The notes: generated from the sequence alone by a model not told the origin. A stretch of DNA of 64,000 bases from Cycas panzhihuaensis (GCA_023213395.1 CM041465.1:215333741-215397740); one strand, 5' to 3'. Counted from the first letter of the stretch, positions 1 through 11,881 are shown. Numbers and translations: made by a program.

Positions 1-559
1 ATCAATTGTGATTAATATTCTTTCTTAAGGGTATATAATCTAAAAGAAGATAATCAAACATATTCAAAACATATACTAATTAATGTACCTATTGGTTATA
101 CCTATCCTATTAGCTTTGTCACCATCTCCTCTCTTAGTTGTAGGATTGCCTCTCCTTAAGGCTCTTGGAGAGCCTCTTAAGGAGGCTACCCCTCTTCTCC
201 TCTACTCCCATCACCTCCTATCCCATATCCATCTACCAAACCCAATACCATGCTTTAAATAGAGCCTCATCTATTCCTACCTTGTGCTCCATCCATCGCT
301 TGGAGCATATCTCTACCTCCTCTCCCACCTTTGTTAGTCGATGACTTGTCTCTCTCTCCTCTCCTACCTTGACCAACTAGATGTCATCCTCCATCTCCTC
401 CTCCTCTCCTTCTCCCTCTTCCTCTCCTTCTACCAGTAATAGAAGCCTCTCCTACTACTACTCTCTCAACTATATCAACCTCATCATCACTCCATATTGG
501 TAGCCCCTCATATGGATTCTCTACTAGTTGTCTCCTAGTCATCTAGCTTAGTAAAGTAT

Positions 560-1331
560 TATATGTAATCCTTGCTACTATAGTTATCTAGTTATAAATT
601 TAGTATCTCATATACCACTTATTCATTTCCAAATCCATAATGGTCAGGTCTCACAGAACTCCACCAAGCCTAATCAATGGAATGTAATCATACAACCAAC
701 ACATCAAAACTAAATTATAAGAAAATCTCCCTCTACTCTATCTCATGATCCTACATAACTGAAGGCATAAACTATCTACTATGTATTGCCCCTAATTCAT
801 CCTGATCCCCTACTTACACCTCTTAATCACTTCCACCCACTATGAAGGTATCCCCAAGATGTTTTGGGTCCTAATAATCCTTAAAATAATAATTAAGGTG
901 ATGATCTTCCATATTTCATGAACTCCCCCTGTCATCCTTATTGCCTCAATGAATATCCCTGGGAGGACCAAACTGATTAGTAAAATTAGTTAGATATTGG
1001 CTACAAGCCTCCTGTGACTCATTGTTAATCACTCTATTCAATCTTATCCTCTCCCCATGCTAGCTAACCCATAAGATCCTCCCAATATCCCTAAGAGTAA
1101 TCTGGATGTCTCTTATGGATCATACCTTAAATATATTCCTTATTAGGATCCAACAACTAATAAAATTTTGAAGGATCTCATACTCCGTACTAACTGAGTT
1201 GAGCCACTCACCTAGGATAAGCTGGATTCCCTTAGTTAGGCCTAATCTTTCTTAGTTAATTGACTAATCAGCTCCCCAATCACCAATCCTTCATTCTCTC
1301 TGATATCTACCCTCTCCATAGGTTGCATCAT
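560..1331 (-). pseudogene. Plant Mobile Domain (PMD, aminotransferase-like, MAIN/MAIL-type) ORF relic
   Basis: Manual minus-strand translation gives EILQNFISCWILIRNIFKV*SIRDIQITLRDIGRILWVS*HG (~1063-1189) and GIRMN*GQYIVDSLCLQL...SYNLVLMCWLYDYIPLIRL (~667-810). These match the PMD motifs W..FxL..ITLxDVxxILG, NWG..VL..LY and LQxWxYEH.P. There are many TAG/TGA stops, and an acidic GA-rich tail continues toward position 1. Confidence 0.75.
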
Positions 1332-2068
1332 AGTAAAAATATTCATGTCAAATTATAATCTTGGCTTTTAAAAAAATATTATTTTTTTATTTTTTTCTTC
1401 AAAAGTAAAAAATGTGATAATATAGTAAAAAATGTGATAACATAATTAAAAACATGATTTTTTTATCAAAAATATAATCTTCCAATTTCTATTTCAAACT
1501 ATAAAATCTTGTTTTTAAGTTTTTTATTATATTTTTAGCCTAGTTATTATGTTTTTCATCCTATATCATCGCATTTTTATCAAAAAATTTAATTAAAAAA
1601 AAAACTCTTATAAGAGAGACTTACCGAATACTTAGTTCCTTGATGCATCATCTCTATCCTCCCCTCTTGGAGTTGGTCTCTTGTTAAAGTGGCTCCTATT
1701 TATCTCCAAAATTAAAGGATAAAGGCCCTCTAGATCATTATTTCTCTAGGTCGCTCATGTGAAAATAAAACAAAATATATTAATTTTTCTTATAAAAATG
1801 GAAGGGATTTTTCTTTATTTTTTGGATAAACGTTTTTCTTTTATGCATTTTATTTATCTGAGTTAATATTATCTCTTCTTAATAATTGTTCCTGGATAAA
1901 TTCTCTTTGAAATCAAAAAATGATATATCCTCCATTGATTAGGGTTATTATTGACCTTATTTCATTTACCTTTTGATAAACATTTTTAAGGCTTGAATGT
2001 GGTATCTTTTACTCATTTTTATATCTATTTAAATCCTTATTTTGGCCCTCAAAACACTCTGAATTTTT

Positions 2069-2312
2069 CACCTATTAAATAGCTTAAATTATGATAGTGT
2101 AAATCTCTAAATCCTTTTACCTATTAATGAGCTTAAACTATGATCAGAGGCTCCAAAAAGCCACCTACTAATGAGCTGAAACTATGGTAGTCTAAGGCTT
2201 TGAAAAGTCAACTATTAATGACCCCCAAAACTATGACAGTCTGTCTTTTATGCTCTAGAAAAAGGACCTTCCTCCAAAACATGGTTAATGAGAGATTAAC
2301 TATGACCATCTA
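2069..2312 (+). repeat. Array of 5 degenerate ~45-70 bp units, each with a stem-loop whose loop is AATGAG-N2-TAAACTAT
   Basis: Stem-loops at 2072-2097, 2121-2147, 2165-2190, 2211-2240 and 2281-2309. Confidence 0.8.
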
Positions 2313-4934
2313 GGTTTTTAAGCCCCATGAAATTTATGGGCATTTAGTGTTGTTTTTAATCACGGGAGTGTAAGCCTTATCTATTTAGTAGGCATTTTGG
2401 TAGTACCCTTTAGCTTATCGTTTTATCAACATGAAGGTTTATTTACTTTAATTTTAGTAACTTTTGTAGACTAGTCTTTCTGTCATCCATATACATCATC
2501 AAACCTTTTACCTCCTTGAGAAAAACTTTTATCATGATCATTGTCACCTTTCACCATCTTACTCCTCTTTTGAAGTGGGAGCTTTAGGTGCCAAGGGGGA
2601 AATGTTTCACCAAAACTTGATCCTTAATTAATCTTCATATTCATTAACAAATTTCCTACTTTATTTACATTCAATTTGATTAATTAAAATGTGTTCTATA
2701 TTGTATTAGGCCATGTTTTGATGAAATGTGATATTGATTTTGTGGATGATTTACATTAAATAATGATGATTATATTATTATGTTTTTACTTACTAATGAG
2801 TGAAAACTCTTGCAACAAATCTTATCTTTATGATTATTTTAACTTATTTTTTCCCTTGAAAGATTCTCTTATTTCATTCTTTTTTTCTTGATTTTATCTT
2901 TAAATTATCCCTCTTTCATGATTTTTATGCCTGTGCTTAAGTTTTCACCCCTCTTGTGTTGCTCTATTGCATTAATGAACTCATTTGTACTTAAATTCTC
3001 TTAATAAAAGTTAATTTTGATTTTTTAATGATCAAATTTCATCTCGTATTTTATCACACTTTTTATTCTACCAAAAATATGATTAATCACATTTTATTGA
3101 GAAAATCATATTTTTTGTTGTTAATAAAATATGATCGGTCATATTTTTGACTATTATGTGTATAAAGTTTTTAAATAACATGCTAGTTTTACATGTTGTC
3201 ACCTAGATTTGGTGCAAACCTTCTCCATTCATGCCTAAAACCCTTTGAAACACTAAAGAGGACTTTGATTTGAATGCTATGAGCTTGAAGGTATGGTTTT
3301 TAGATAGAATTCTTAGAAAATTAAGAGATTTTCTCTGTGATTTAGATCCCCATCTTTGGGAAAATGAAAAGATAAGTCAAGAAAAAAGATTTAGAGCTTT
3401 GATTACTACTTGATTACTATTTGAATTCAACTTGTTGATACTTTTTAAGGTACTTAGTTTGTTGTAACTCTTTACTCAAGCTTCATATCTTTGGTAAGGT
3501 CTTTTCTACTATTATTTCCCTTTGGTTTAGTGCTCTTTTGATGATTCTTTATAACAAAAAATGTCTCTCTCTTTCATCTAATTTTTAAAACTCTTTTATC
3601 TACATTTTTTTCCTTAGGAAAAGTTAGCTGAAATGTCAACCATTTATGAGAGATTAAAGGAGTAGTTTATCATGAAGAGAGATCTACCTCTTCACCTCTA
3701 AATATAGCCACTTCTTCCCATTTTTCTTAGTTATCTAAGCTTCCCAAGAGATTTCAGTCTTATCTCTTCTTCTTTATTACTAGGTTTGTTTTTCTCAGTT
3801 TTCTTCCTCTTGTCTACTTGTTTTAAAGGAAAAAATTGAGAAAGATTGCTCACAATAAAGAGAGATAGCTATTCTGAGGCAAAATTCATCATTGAAGTAA
3901 AGATTTCTAAAATTTTTTGGTGTTCTATTCTTTGACTTTATGTTGTTCATTTTCTCTCTTTTCAGAAAAATAATATATATGCATGAATGACAAATATTTA
4001 CAGTAAATAGACTTTATATGAGGTTCAAGGATCCCATGGTACCTAAAAGCTCCATGAGTGGTAGAATCTCCTTATGATTTCAAGGTAGTGTTTTCTTGTA
4101 ATGATATCAACATATAGCTAGTTGCATGTGAGCTTTATGGGTTACAAGTTGTCTTTAGTAACCAAAATCATATTTGAAATATCTCATTTCCATTGAAATC
4201 ATTCTTAGAGTTTAAGATAACATGTGCATAAAATGAAGAATTTTGCATAAACATTGCATGTTATTTTAGCTTCCATCAAGTTACATATCATAGTATTTTC
4301 ATCTCATGTATGTTACTTTTAAGTTTGAAAAGAAGTGTGTTTTACATCTTTAGGAGATAACATCTCTTTTATTTTTAAAAGGAAAAGAAAAAGAAATGAT
4401 ATGCATGGTTTACTTTCTTAGATTAGCTTTAAAAAGGTAGTTAGATCTTGTTATTTCATTATTCTTTCTTTTGCATCATTTAAAAATATATATACCAAAC
4501 CTCGCATTGCTTAACCCTTTTCTTTATTATATAGTAATAACCAAAAAGTTGAAATAATATATGGAAATGAGTCCCTAGGAAGGAAACAAAAAATATTGTT
4601 AGCATAATTCCAGACTTAGAACTCCTCTACTTATAAGTGTAGGCTAGTGTATCCTAGTACTTCTCCTTATATCCTAGCCTTTCATTATCACATATATATT
4701 CAAACCAAATGATACAAATATATAGAGACCCTTTATTAGGAGTTGGCAAACGTGGTCATCAAGTTTCCATAGGCTTCTTTATCTCTTAACCTAGATCTAA
4801 AATAGAGGAAGCATAATGTCATTAAGGGATACTTAGCCTAGGCCCAACTGAAGCACGCTAGTCAATGATGAAGTACAGTATAAAAATAGATCAAAAAAAA
4901 GACTTAAAGTACCTTGTAGGGATAGTAAATCATC

Positions 4935-5562
4935 TATTACAACCCAAGGAAACTAATGGGTGGATTCATGACCAATGACTAAAGTCATCCTCATCATTAG
5001 GTAAAAATGTATACATGGCTCATTAAGCAAATTAAACAAGCAAGTAAACATATACCTTCATCATTTATGATCATTATATAAAAAATTAATGGAATGTAAA
5101 GAGATAGAAATATACCTTCACTATCTTTTATCATAGTATCCATATCATTTCTAATTAATAGGAAACACTACTCTCTTCGTAGGAGAGCTCTTCAACCTAT
5201 GGTAGAAGATGATGAATACTGCCAATATAAATCATGTTAATATGATAATAAACTCATATGTATGGAATGAGGGGATAGGTCTACTATAGTTTAGCATTAT
5301 TAAAAAGTGATCATAGGCTGTTTCCCTTAATTTATCCTCACTATTGAACTATGTTAGACATGTACTAGCTAGGAGAGGATGATAAATTATTGACTAAATC
5401 AACCTAAGTAGTTCAATGGTTATAGGAAACCTAAACAAGTACAAATAGGACATTAATGGATTATCCTCATTCATGGATTATCATCATCCATGGCTATCTT
5501 TTAGAATGGGACATTAAGTGGTTGGGGGATTATCCCAATGATAAGAAGATATGGGCATCACA
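4935..5562. mobile_element. LTR-like segment (solo or recombinant LTR), same family as 57611-57870
   Basis: Begins TATTACAACCCAAGG (compare TGTTCCAACCCGAGG at 57611). 4935-5165 aligns with 57611-57845. Ends GGGCATCACA. No TSD (TCATC vs GCCCA). Confidence 0.6.
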
Positions 5563-6533
5563 GCCCAAAATTAAGATCTGAAGCCATAAACTATGGATAT
5601 GTAAAGTGGTACCTTAAATATCTAAAGGGGGGCCTCAATGGTCAAGGTGGATCAGCATAGTTTAACCTCATTAGCGATTATCTTTTAGACGAGAAGTTGT
5701 TTAGGCTCATTTTGGAGCCATATTTTAGTTTCTTAGTTACACATATACATACACAAACACATAGATAGATAGATAAATTTGTGTTTTATTGATTTATATT
5801 ATTTTTAGGTTTTTAGTTATTTTATATTTTTTTCTTTTTTTTCTTCTGTATTTTTATAGTTTTATGTTTTTTTTTTTTTTTTTTTAATGGTTTTATATTA
5901 TTTTTATGATTTTTAAGTAATTTACATGAAAATTAACTAAATAAATTAGAAAATAGTAATGCAACAGTAACAAGGGTGACGTTATAGGTATTAAGAAGTA
6001 ATGCACCCTATGAAGGACATAACCTACCTAAGTATGTATAAATGTACATAGTAGTTTACCCTTATTTTAAAGTAAGGATGGTAGTTTAGGCTTTCACTAG
6101 AGCATATAGGAACCTAACAGCTTGGCCAACCTTCTAAGGTAGGCTTAGAATACCCAAGGTTATCACCATAGTTTAGCCTCTTTAGTGAGTACCATTGAGA
6201 GGTGATAATAGGAAGGCTTGCTTCCTAGGCATGTGTCTTAATGATGGGCCTATTGGGTTAGAGAAGATTCATCTACCTATGGCAATGACAACTAGGAATA
6301 AAAGCAACCAATCTATTGGTCTCAAAATTCAAACCTCATGGGATGTAGTAAATAAAGATAAAGGATAATTAAGATAAAAGAGACCTAGTATGATCGATAA
6401 GGAATCTCAACTATGGGCAATAAACTTGGTAAACTTGGCTAAGCTAGGGCATGATAAGCTAGGAGTCAAAATATAATATAATAGAGCTATAGTAGATATA
6501 GAAAGAATTGGTCAAGGCCTCTATGATGGCAGT
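5563..6533 (-). mobile_element. 3' fragment of a Tat-like element (element B) with an aRH relic and two stem-loop motif copies
   Basis: The aRH C-terminal half at 6273-6533 is followed on the minus strand by motif copies at 6163-6188 and 5651-5678, the same order as in element C. Confidence 0.6.
6273..6533 (-). pseudogene. C-terminal half of an additional (archaeal-type, RVT_3-like) RNase H
   Basis: Translation TAIIEALTNSFYIYYSSIILYFDS*LIMP*LSQVYQVYCP*LRFLIDHTRSLLS*LSFIFIYYIP*GLNFETNRLVA matches the DSQLVVxQ and HIPRxxNxEADxLA motifs. It is homologous to 10144-10540. Confidence 0.75.
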
Positions 6534-9500
6534 TAGAAGTGCACCTCTAGGGGGTCACTACGGATAAGAGCTTCTAAGCCAACACTACAACTATAATAGG
6601 GGCCTAGAAACCTTAAAAAAGGAGGAAGGTCATCCTCAAAGGGTGTCTGTGCATCAGAACGTAGGTTCGAGGACCCATAAATAACACTTATGACTTTTCC
6701 TTTATATGAGTACCTTCCTGGATTTAGATTAGGCAAGGGGTGTCCTCGAATTACTAAGTAGCCTAAGAGGAGCTCTCCTATCTTTATAGTGAAAGAAGAG
6801 GCACTTGGCTTCATTTTGGAAAAGGAGGACAAGCAAAAGAGGAGAGGCTAGTAGATAAGGTGAAAGGCAACCTAGTGGAGCCTACTCATAATCTAGAAAA
6901 AGGGGGTCAAAGAAGAGGTGGAAATAGCCACAAAGATATCAAAGCTAGGAGAGTATGGGGTCTTCTTGGGTTCTTGGGTTACCAAGAAGGATAAAAAAGG
7001 GATTCTGAGTGTGATAATCATATGGTCCTAAAAAGAAATATCTTGCCACAAACATAGCCCAACGTAAATATGGTCAAAGGAAACAAAATAAACAACCAAT
7101 CAGAATAACAATTATGTAAAGTAATCATGTAAACCTTTCCTTATCTATATCCCCACCTTCTTTTACCCTTTTAAATGAATGTAAATGACAAACTAAGAGT
7201 AATAAGGGGGGAGGAGGAAAGGATGGAATGCAAGGGGGTGCCTTGCATAGGTTACCTCCCCTTTGATAAGAGGAAGATTGGCTTAATTGAGGGGAATAAA
7301 AAGTAACGAGTATCCCCTACATACATGCAATATGACCATGCAACCTTGTTTTTCCACCCCTTAAATAATGCAATCCAAGAAAAACCCTTCAAAGAAAATA
7401 AAGAAAACTTTGAATATTTTCCTTTCTTTCCTTTTTCTTTTGTGGTCCAAGCTAAGGGGATAAGGAGGGGAAAATAAGAGGAAGAGAGAGAAGGTATGTA
7501 GGAAATATGCACCTAGATGCAGGAGTTGATGCCATGATCACTTGTCTCTTCATCATCTTCCCTCGCTCCATGCTTCCACAAGTTGCTTCTATTGTCATAG
7601 TTGCCATAAGAGTTGTTAAAGATGGAGGAAATAGGCTTCCCTACCTTCCCCTTGTCCTCCAGTAGGGCTAACTTACCATCCCCAAAAATGTTTAAAAGCA
7701 AAATAAAAAGTATAAATGAAATAAAATGGTGTAATCTTAAGAAACAAGCTAAAAGGAAAGGGAACAATACATTTTCTGATGTTGCAGATTGCTCGCATAG
7801 AGAATCAACCAACCTTATGCTATAGGAAATACCTATAAATCTTTACAAGTAGATAACATGTACGTGCATATATATGTATATATGTGTGTGTTTTACCTAT
7901 GTGATAGTGGATATTTACTCTTGGTAATAAAAGGAAAGGAGAGTGATAGTTAGCATACTATTTGTTCCTTTCACAAACCAATACCTTTGTATAACCAAGA
8001 AGGGAAACAAAGAGAAAAGGAGTAAGATAGCCTCAAGATGGCTAGCTCCTATAAGTGAGATACCTTCCAGATGTATAGGTACCACATAGGTAAGATAAGT
8101 AGAAATCAAAAGATCTAGATAGAACAAAATTAAGGGTTTACAAAAATTATAAATGTTGCAAAAGATGCAAAAGTTGTAAATATTATGAAAGAAAGTGTAG
8201 AACTATAAGGGCTACTGATAGGCAAAGTATATGCCAACTAATGTGAATGTTACAAGTACTATGAATGCTACAAATATACAAGGGATCGCACCCTATAGGA
8301 TGCCCTAGCTTGTGAAGCAGGTATAATGTGGAGGGATCTTGAGAAGTAGGGGGTTGCCCTTAAGGATGTTATGTTAGGAGTCACAACTCCAATTATTTGC
8401 TCCTTATTTCCTTCTTAATAATATCCTAAACCCATCTAATTATTAGCTAGTAAGAGCCCAAGGATTAGATGATGCTAATGAAGGGGAAAATGGGAGGTTT
8501 TACCTCCCATTGCTTATTAAGAATAGAGTAAAATATATGCTAAAACATGTACTAAGAAGTACAACCAATGAAATAAGTATACTTAGGAAAGAACAATAGA
8601 AAGGAACATGATTTTAGCCATAAAAAATAATATAAACTAGATGTTACTTCACAAATAAAGAGAAGGGAAGACAAAACCCTACTTACTTGGTGGAGGAGGC
8701 CTCTTTTGGAGAGGAGAAGGATCTTGAATCTAAAAAAAATTTGTTTGTTGTTGCCTTGATGAGTCCTAGTAGAGAGTTATGTCATTGGTGAATCCCTCTT
8801 TCAGACCTACAAATTAGGGTTTCTGCCCTGTCAAAGTTGATTAGGAGAAAGAAGGAGAAGAGGGCATTTTTCTTATCATGAGAGTCTAAGAATGAGTTCA
8901 AAATTTTATTTTTTTGTTCTAATTTGGTTTTCAGAGGGGTTAAGGTTTGAGTTAGGCAGGAAAAGACCCTTTTCCATATGTTAGGCTCATAATAAATGTG
9001 AATTTGGCCATTTTCTGGCTATGACAATTAATGAATAGTCACCCCACAACAAACTTTGTGATACCACAAAGTTTAATATTATACCACAAACATTGAAGCA
9101 GTGCGAAGAAAATAAAGGAAAAAAAAAAAATAATAACCTAAAGAATAACATAAAAGATTAGCCTAGTTGTGTAAAGGCAGAAATCAGAGTGCTAGTGAGG
9201 TATTTTAGGGTCTCTAAGTGATGGTAGGGCTCTTTCAACATGTGGAAATGGTGAAGACTAAGCACGAAAAATGATGTAAAAATATGTTGATGTGTAAGTG
9301 AGTTAGAACCCACCATAAGGGCCATATGACAAGCTAGGAGTGAGTCAAGGTGGGTTGTGAAGGCCCATGAGTACTCACAAACTCTAGGGAGGTGTCTCTT
9401 GAGGCTACGTAATGCCATAGGATCATGGTCCTGAGTCATCATAGGCTAAAATATAGTCACAAGCAAGTACTAGGCAAACAAACCAGGCATCAAAATAATC

Positions 9501-9638
9501 TATGTAACCATATCACGTCACTGGAACCATAAACACATCTCATCATGCCATAAAAGTAAACAAGGCAATAGGTAGAGATTTATACTTGTACTTACTTAAG
9601 AGATGATACTCTTTCCCATTCCTAGTGGCTGGTAAATA
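6534..9638 (-). repeat. 3' LTR of element C (missing ~35 bp at its left terminus)
   Basis: Colinear with ~27407-30550; a 60-bp sample had 6 mismatches. A candidate PPT, AAGGGGAC, lies on the minus strand at 9641-9648. Confidence 0.8.
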
Positions 9639-10143
9639 CTGTCCCCTTAGGAGTTGAACCTTGTTGCTCAAGAGCATATGACGATGGTAAATGCTACCAA
9701 CACAAACAAGTCAGTAACATCTACTAATGCAAGTATGTCATTGTCCAGGGGGAGTGGCGAATGCCATGACATATCACATGGACATGGGCAGAGATGAAGT
9801 GGTGTGGGGGTTGCCCATATGTCACCTAAGAGTGTAGTATAAAGGAATAAGGGGATGGTGGGTTTGGCTCCATTGCGTGCATGTGCAATACAAATGCTAT
9901 TGAGAATGCAAACATAGTCAAAGGTGAATGCAAACTAAAAACCTATAAATATGAAGTGTTAATATGTAAAAGAATCATACCATAAATGGTATGATAATAG
10001 AGTATAGAAACAAAATGGTGGTCACCATAGTTTAACCTCATTAGTGGCCTATTTTTAAAGGTACTAAGGAGACTGGTCAATGTTGTGAGACGAGGGTCAG
10101 CCTACGAACCCAGTGACAAATCACTTGGAGGAGGGAGGCAATG

Positions 10144-10540
10144 CTATAAAATACGATGGACGAGACTATTTGCCTCAATATTCTAACCTTGAGGGATATA
10201 TTGGATATCCATAGAGGAGAAGAGAGATAGCAATGACCTAGCAATCGATGTGAGGGACCTCAATCATGGGTAATGAACCTAGTAAACATAGGTTAGTTGC
10301 GACACGACGATCTGAGAGTCACAATGAAGGATAATAGGGCCATGGAAGAAGTGTAGTGCATCAATGAGGACTTTGATAATAGTTGTATACTTAGCTTTAT
10401 TATTTATATCCTCAGGTAAGTAGACCCTAGAATGCATGCAGTTATTCTTAGAGGGATTATGGAGGATCCACATAGCTGGGGAGGGTCCAAGGTTGCTACG
10501 ATTACTACCATAAGAAAAGATGAGTAGAACCATGGTGAAG
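10144..10540 (-). pseudogene. Additional archaeal-type RNase H (aRH) in a separate ORF downstream of integrase
   Basis: ORF 10279-10533 reads LIFSYGSNRSNLGPS...INNKAKYTTIIKVLIDAL...IILHCDSQIVVSQL. It continues in frame past stops as VHYP*LRSLTSIARSLLSLFSSMDIQYIPQG*NIEANSLVHRIL*. Confidence 0.85.
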
Positions 10541-11352
10541 AAAGAGGATTTTGGACAAAGTCACAGAAGAATGGGTAACAATACCATTAAGGTGGAAAAA
10601 AGGCATAGCCATAGGGCTATAATAGCTCAAAACAATTGGATATATCAGGAATGAAAGGATAGAAGAGCCCTAAGGATAGGCTATTAGGATCGCTAAGGGC
10701 CTACCCAACAAAAAGGGCAAGAATGGGTGCTAAAACACACTCTTTCAGTAGTCTTAGGGGCATGATATGGCTGGCAAGGGCCTAGAAGGGAGGAGGAGCT
10801 CTCCTATGGAGCCTTAAAGGCTCAAATAGATGGTAGAAATAGATCCAGGGCATCAAAATGAGCTAAAAGAGTATAAATAGGAGCATGTTTTAGAGAGGCT
10901 TAAAAATTGAGATGGTAAAGCCTTCAACAAGATGAAGCGACTCACCATAAATGCATATAAAAGGGGCCAAAAGGAGACTTTAAGGGCAGAATAGGGGTCA
11001 GACCCTGAAGGCATAAAGAATAGTCATGAAAAATGGGTCCTGAGGGCTGTCTCATTGACAGGAATAGAGGTGGTACCTCAAGAGACACCGTGAATAAAAG
11101 GGGTAAGAGGGTAAAAATTGATTTCATTTTCACGGGCCCTTCATATGATCTGGAGCCCTTCTATCTAAGCAATAAGACTTTACTACCCTTCATGAGTATA
11201 CATCAGAAGATCTAACCATTAGATTGTGATGAGGAGATAGCCATCAAGATTAGGACAGCAAGATGGAAACGATCAGGCTAGACCCAGTAAGTGGATCTTT
11301 TCCTAAGCCTTTCTTTTAGTCATTTTAATTTAATGCTAATTTTTTATGAATT

Positions 11353-11546
11353 TGGGCCCCGTAAGGGCCACATGAACCCATTAGAGCCCACTGGAGGCCC
11401 AAGGAGGGGGACAACTAGCGTATTAGGTAGTCCTAGTCCTAGTGGACCAAGTTTGGTCTACTGAAACTCCCCCTCCCCCTTTTAGCAGGGGTATTTGCAG
11501 CCCTATGGCATTAGTCGTGGTGCTATGAAGTTTGCAACAGGGCCCA
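11353..11546. promoter_or_regulatory. Cluster of site II (TCP-binding, TGGGCY/RGCCCA) motifs between the divergent aRH and PMD ORFs
   Basis: TGGGCC at 11353, AGCCCA at 11385, GGCCCA at 11396 and GGCCCA at 11541. Function is inferred only. Confidence 0.35.
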
Positions 11547-11881
11547 TTAAGGGTCAAGAATTTCTTAGCAGGCCCTACATCAATATCTGTAATATCTATG
11601 GTACCACACATATTGACATGAGGTAGAGACCAGGTAAAGTAAAACAAAAAAAAAAAACTAATCAGATTAGGTAGGTTTACTTGGTTTGAGGTGTCCCAAA
11701 CCATTTATAGGAAGGGGGGATACCTAGTAGAGAGGTTAGGATGACTAAATAGTAGGTGGTTTGATGTTTACAAGCTATTCTTACAGTTGATAACTACGAG
11801 AACATAGGTATGGCTATGATGAGTTTTATTGAGATGATGAGTTAGTAAGAGAGGAGCACCTTGTGGCACTATAAGCTCCTA

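Larger units (their letters stand above)
1..4934 (+). mobile_element. 3' part of a degenerate Tat-like Ty3/Gypsy element (element A): antisense PMD ORF, 3'UTR, PPT and 3' LTR
   Basis: PPT AAGGGGGAAA at 2593-2602 is followed directly by TGTTTCACC (LTR start at 2603). An antisense PMD relic lies upstream. The right end of the LTR is not defined. Confidence 0.6.

Noticed and set aside
2297-2314. TAACTATGAC resembles the LSU rRNA homing-endonuclease target region
   Set aside because: The match is short and fully explained as a copy of the stem-loop motif.
9639-11483. Idea that element C's 3' LTR extends to ~11460, putting the aRH inside the LTR, using AAAAGGGGGAGGGGGAG (11467-11483, minus) as PPT
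   Set aside because: No TG follows that tract, and in element A the stem-loop motif lies upstream of the PPT, which favours the PPT at 9641-9648. Not fully excluded, because the 5' LTR's outer end lies next to an insertion.
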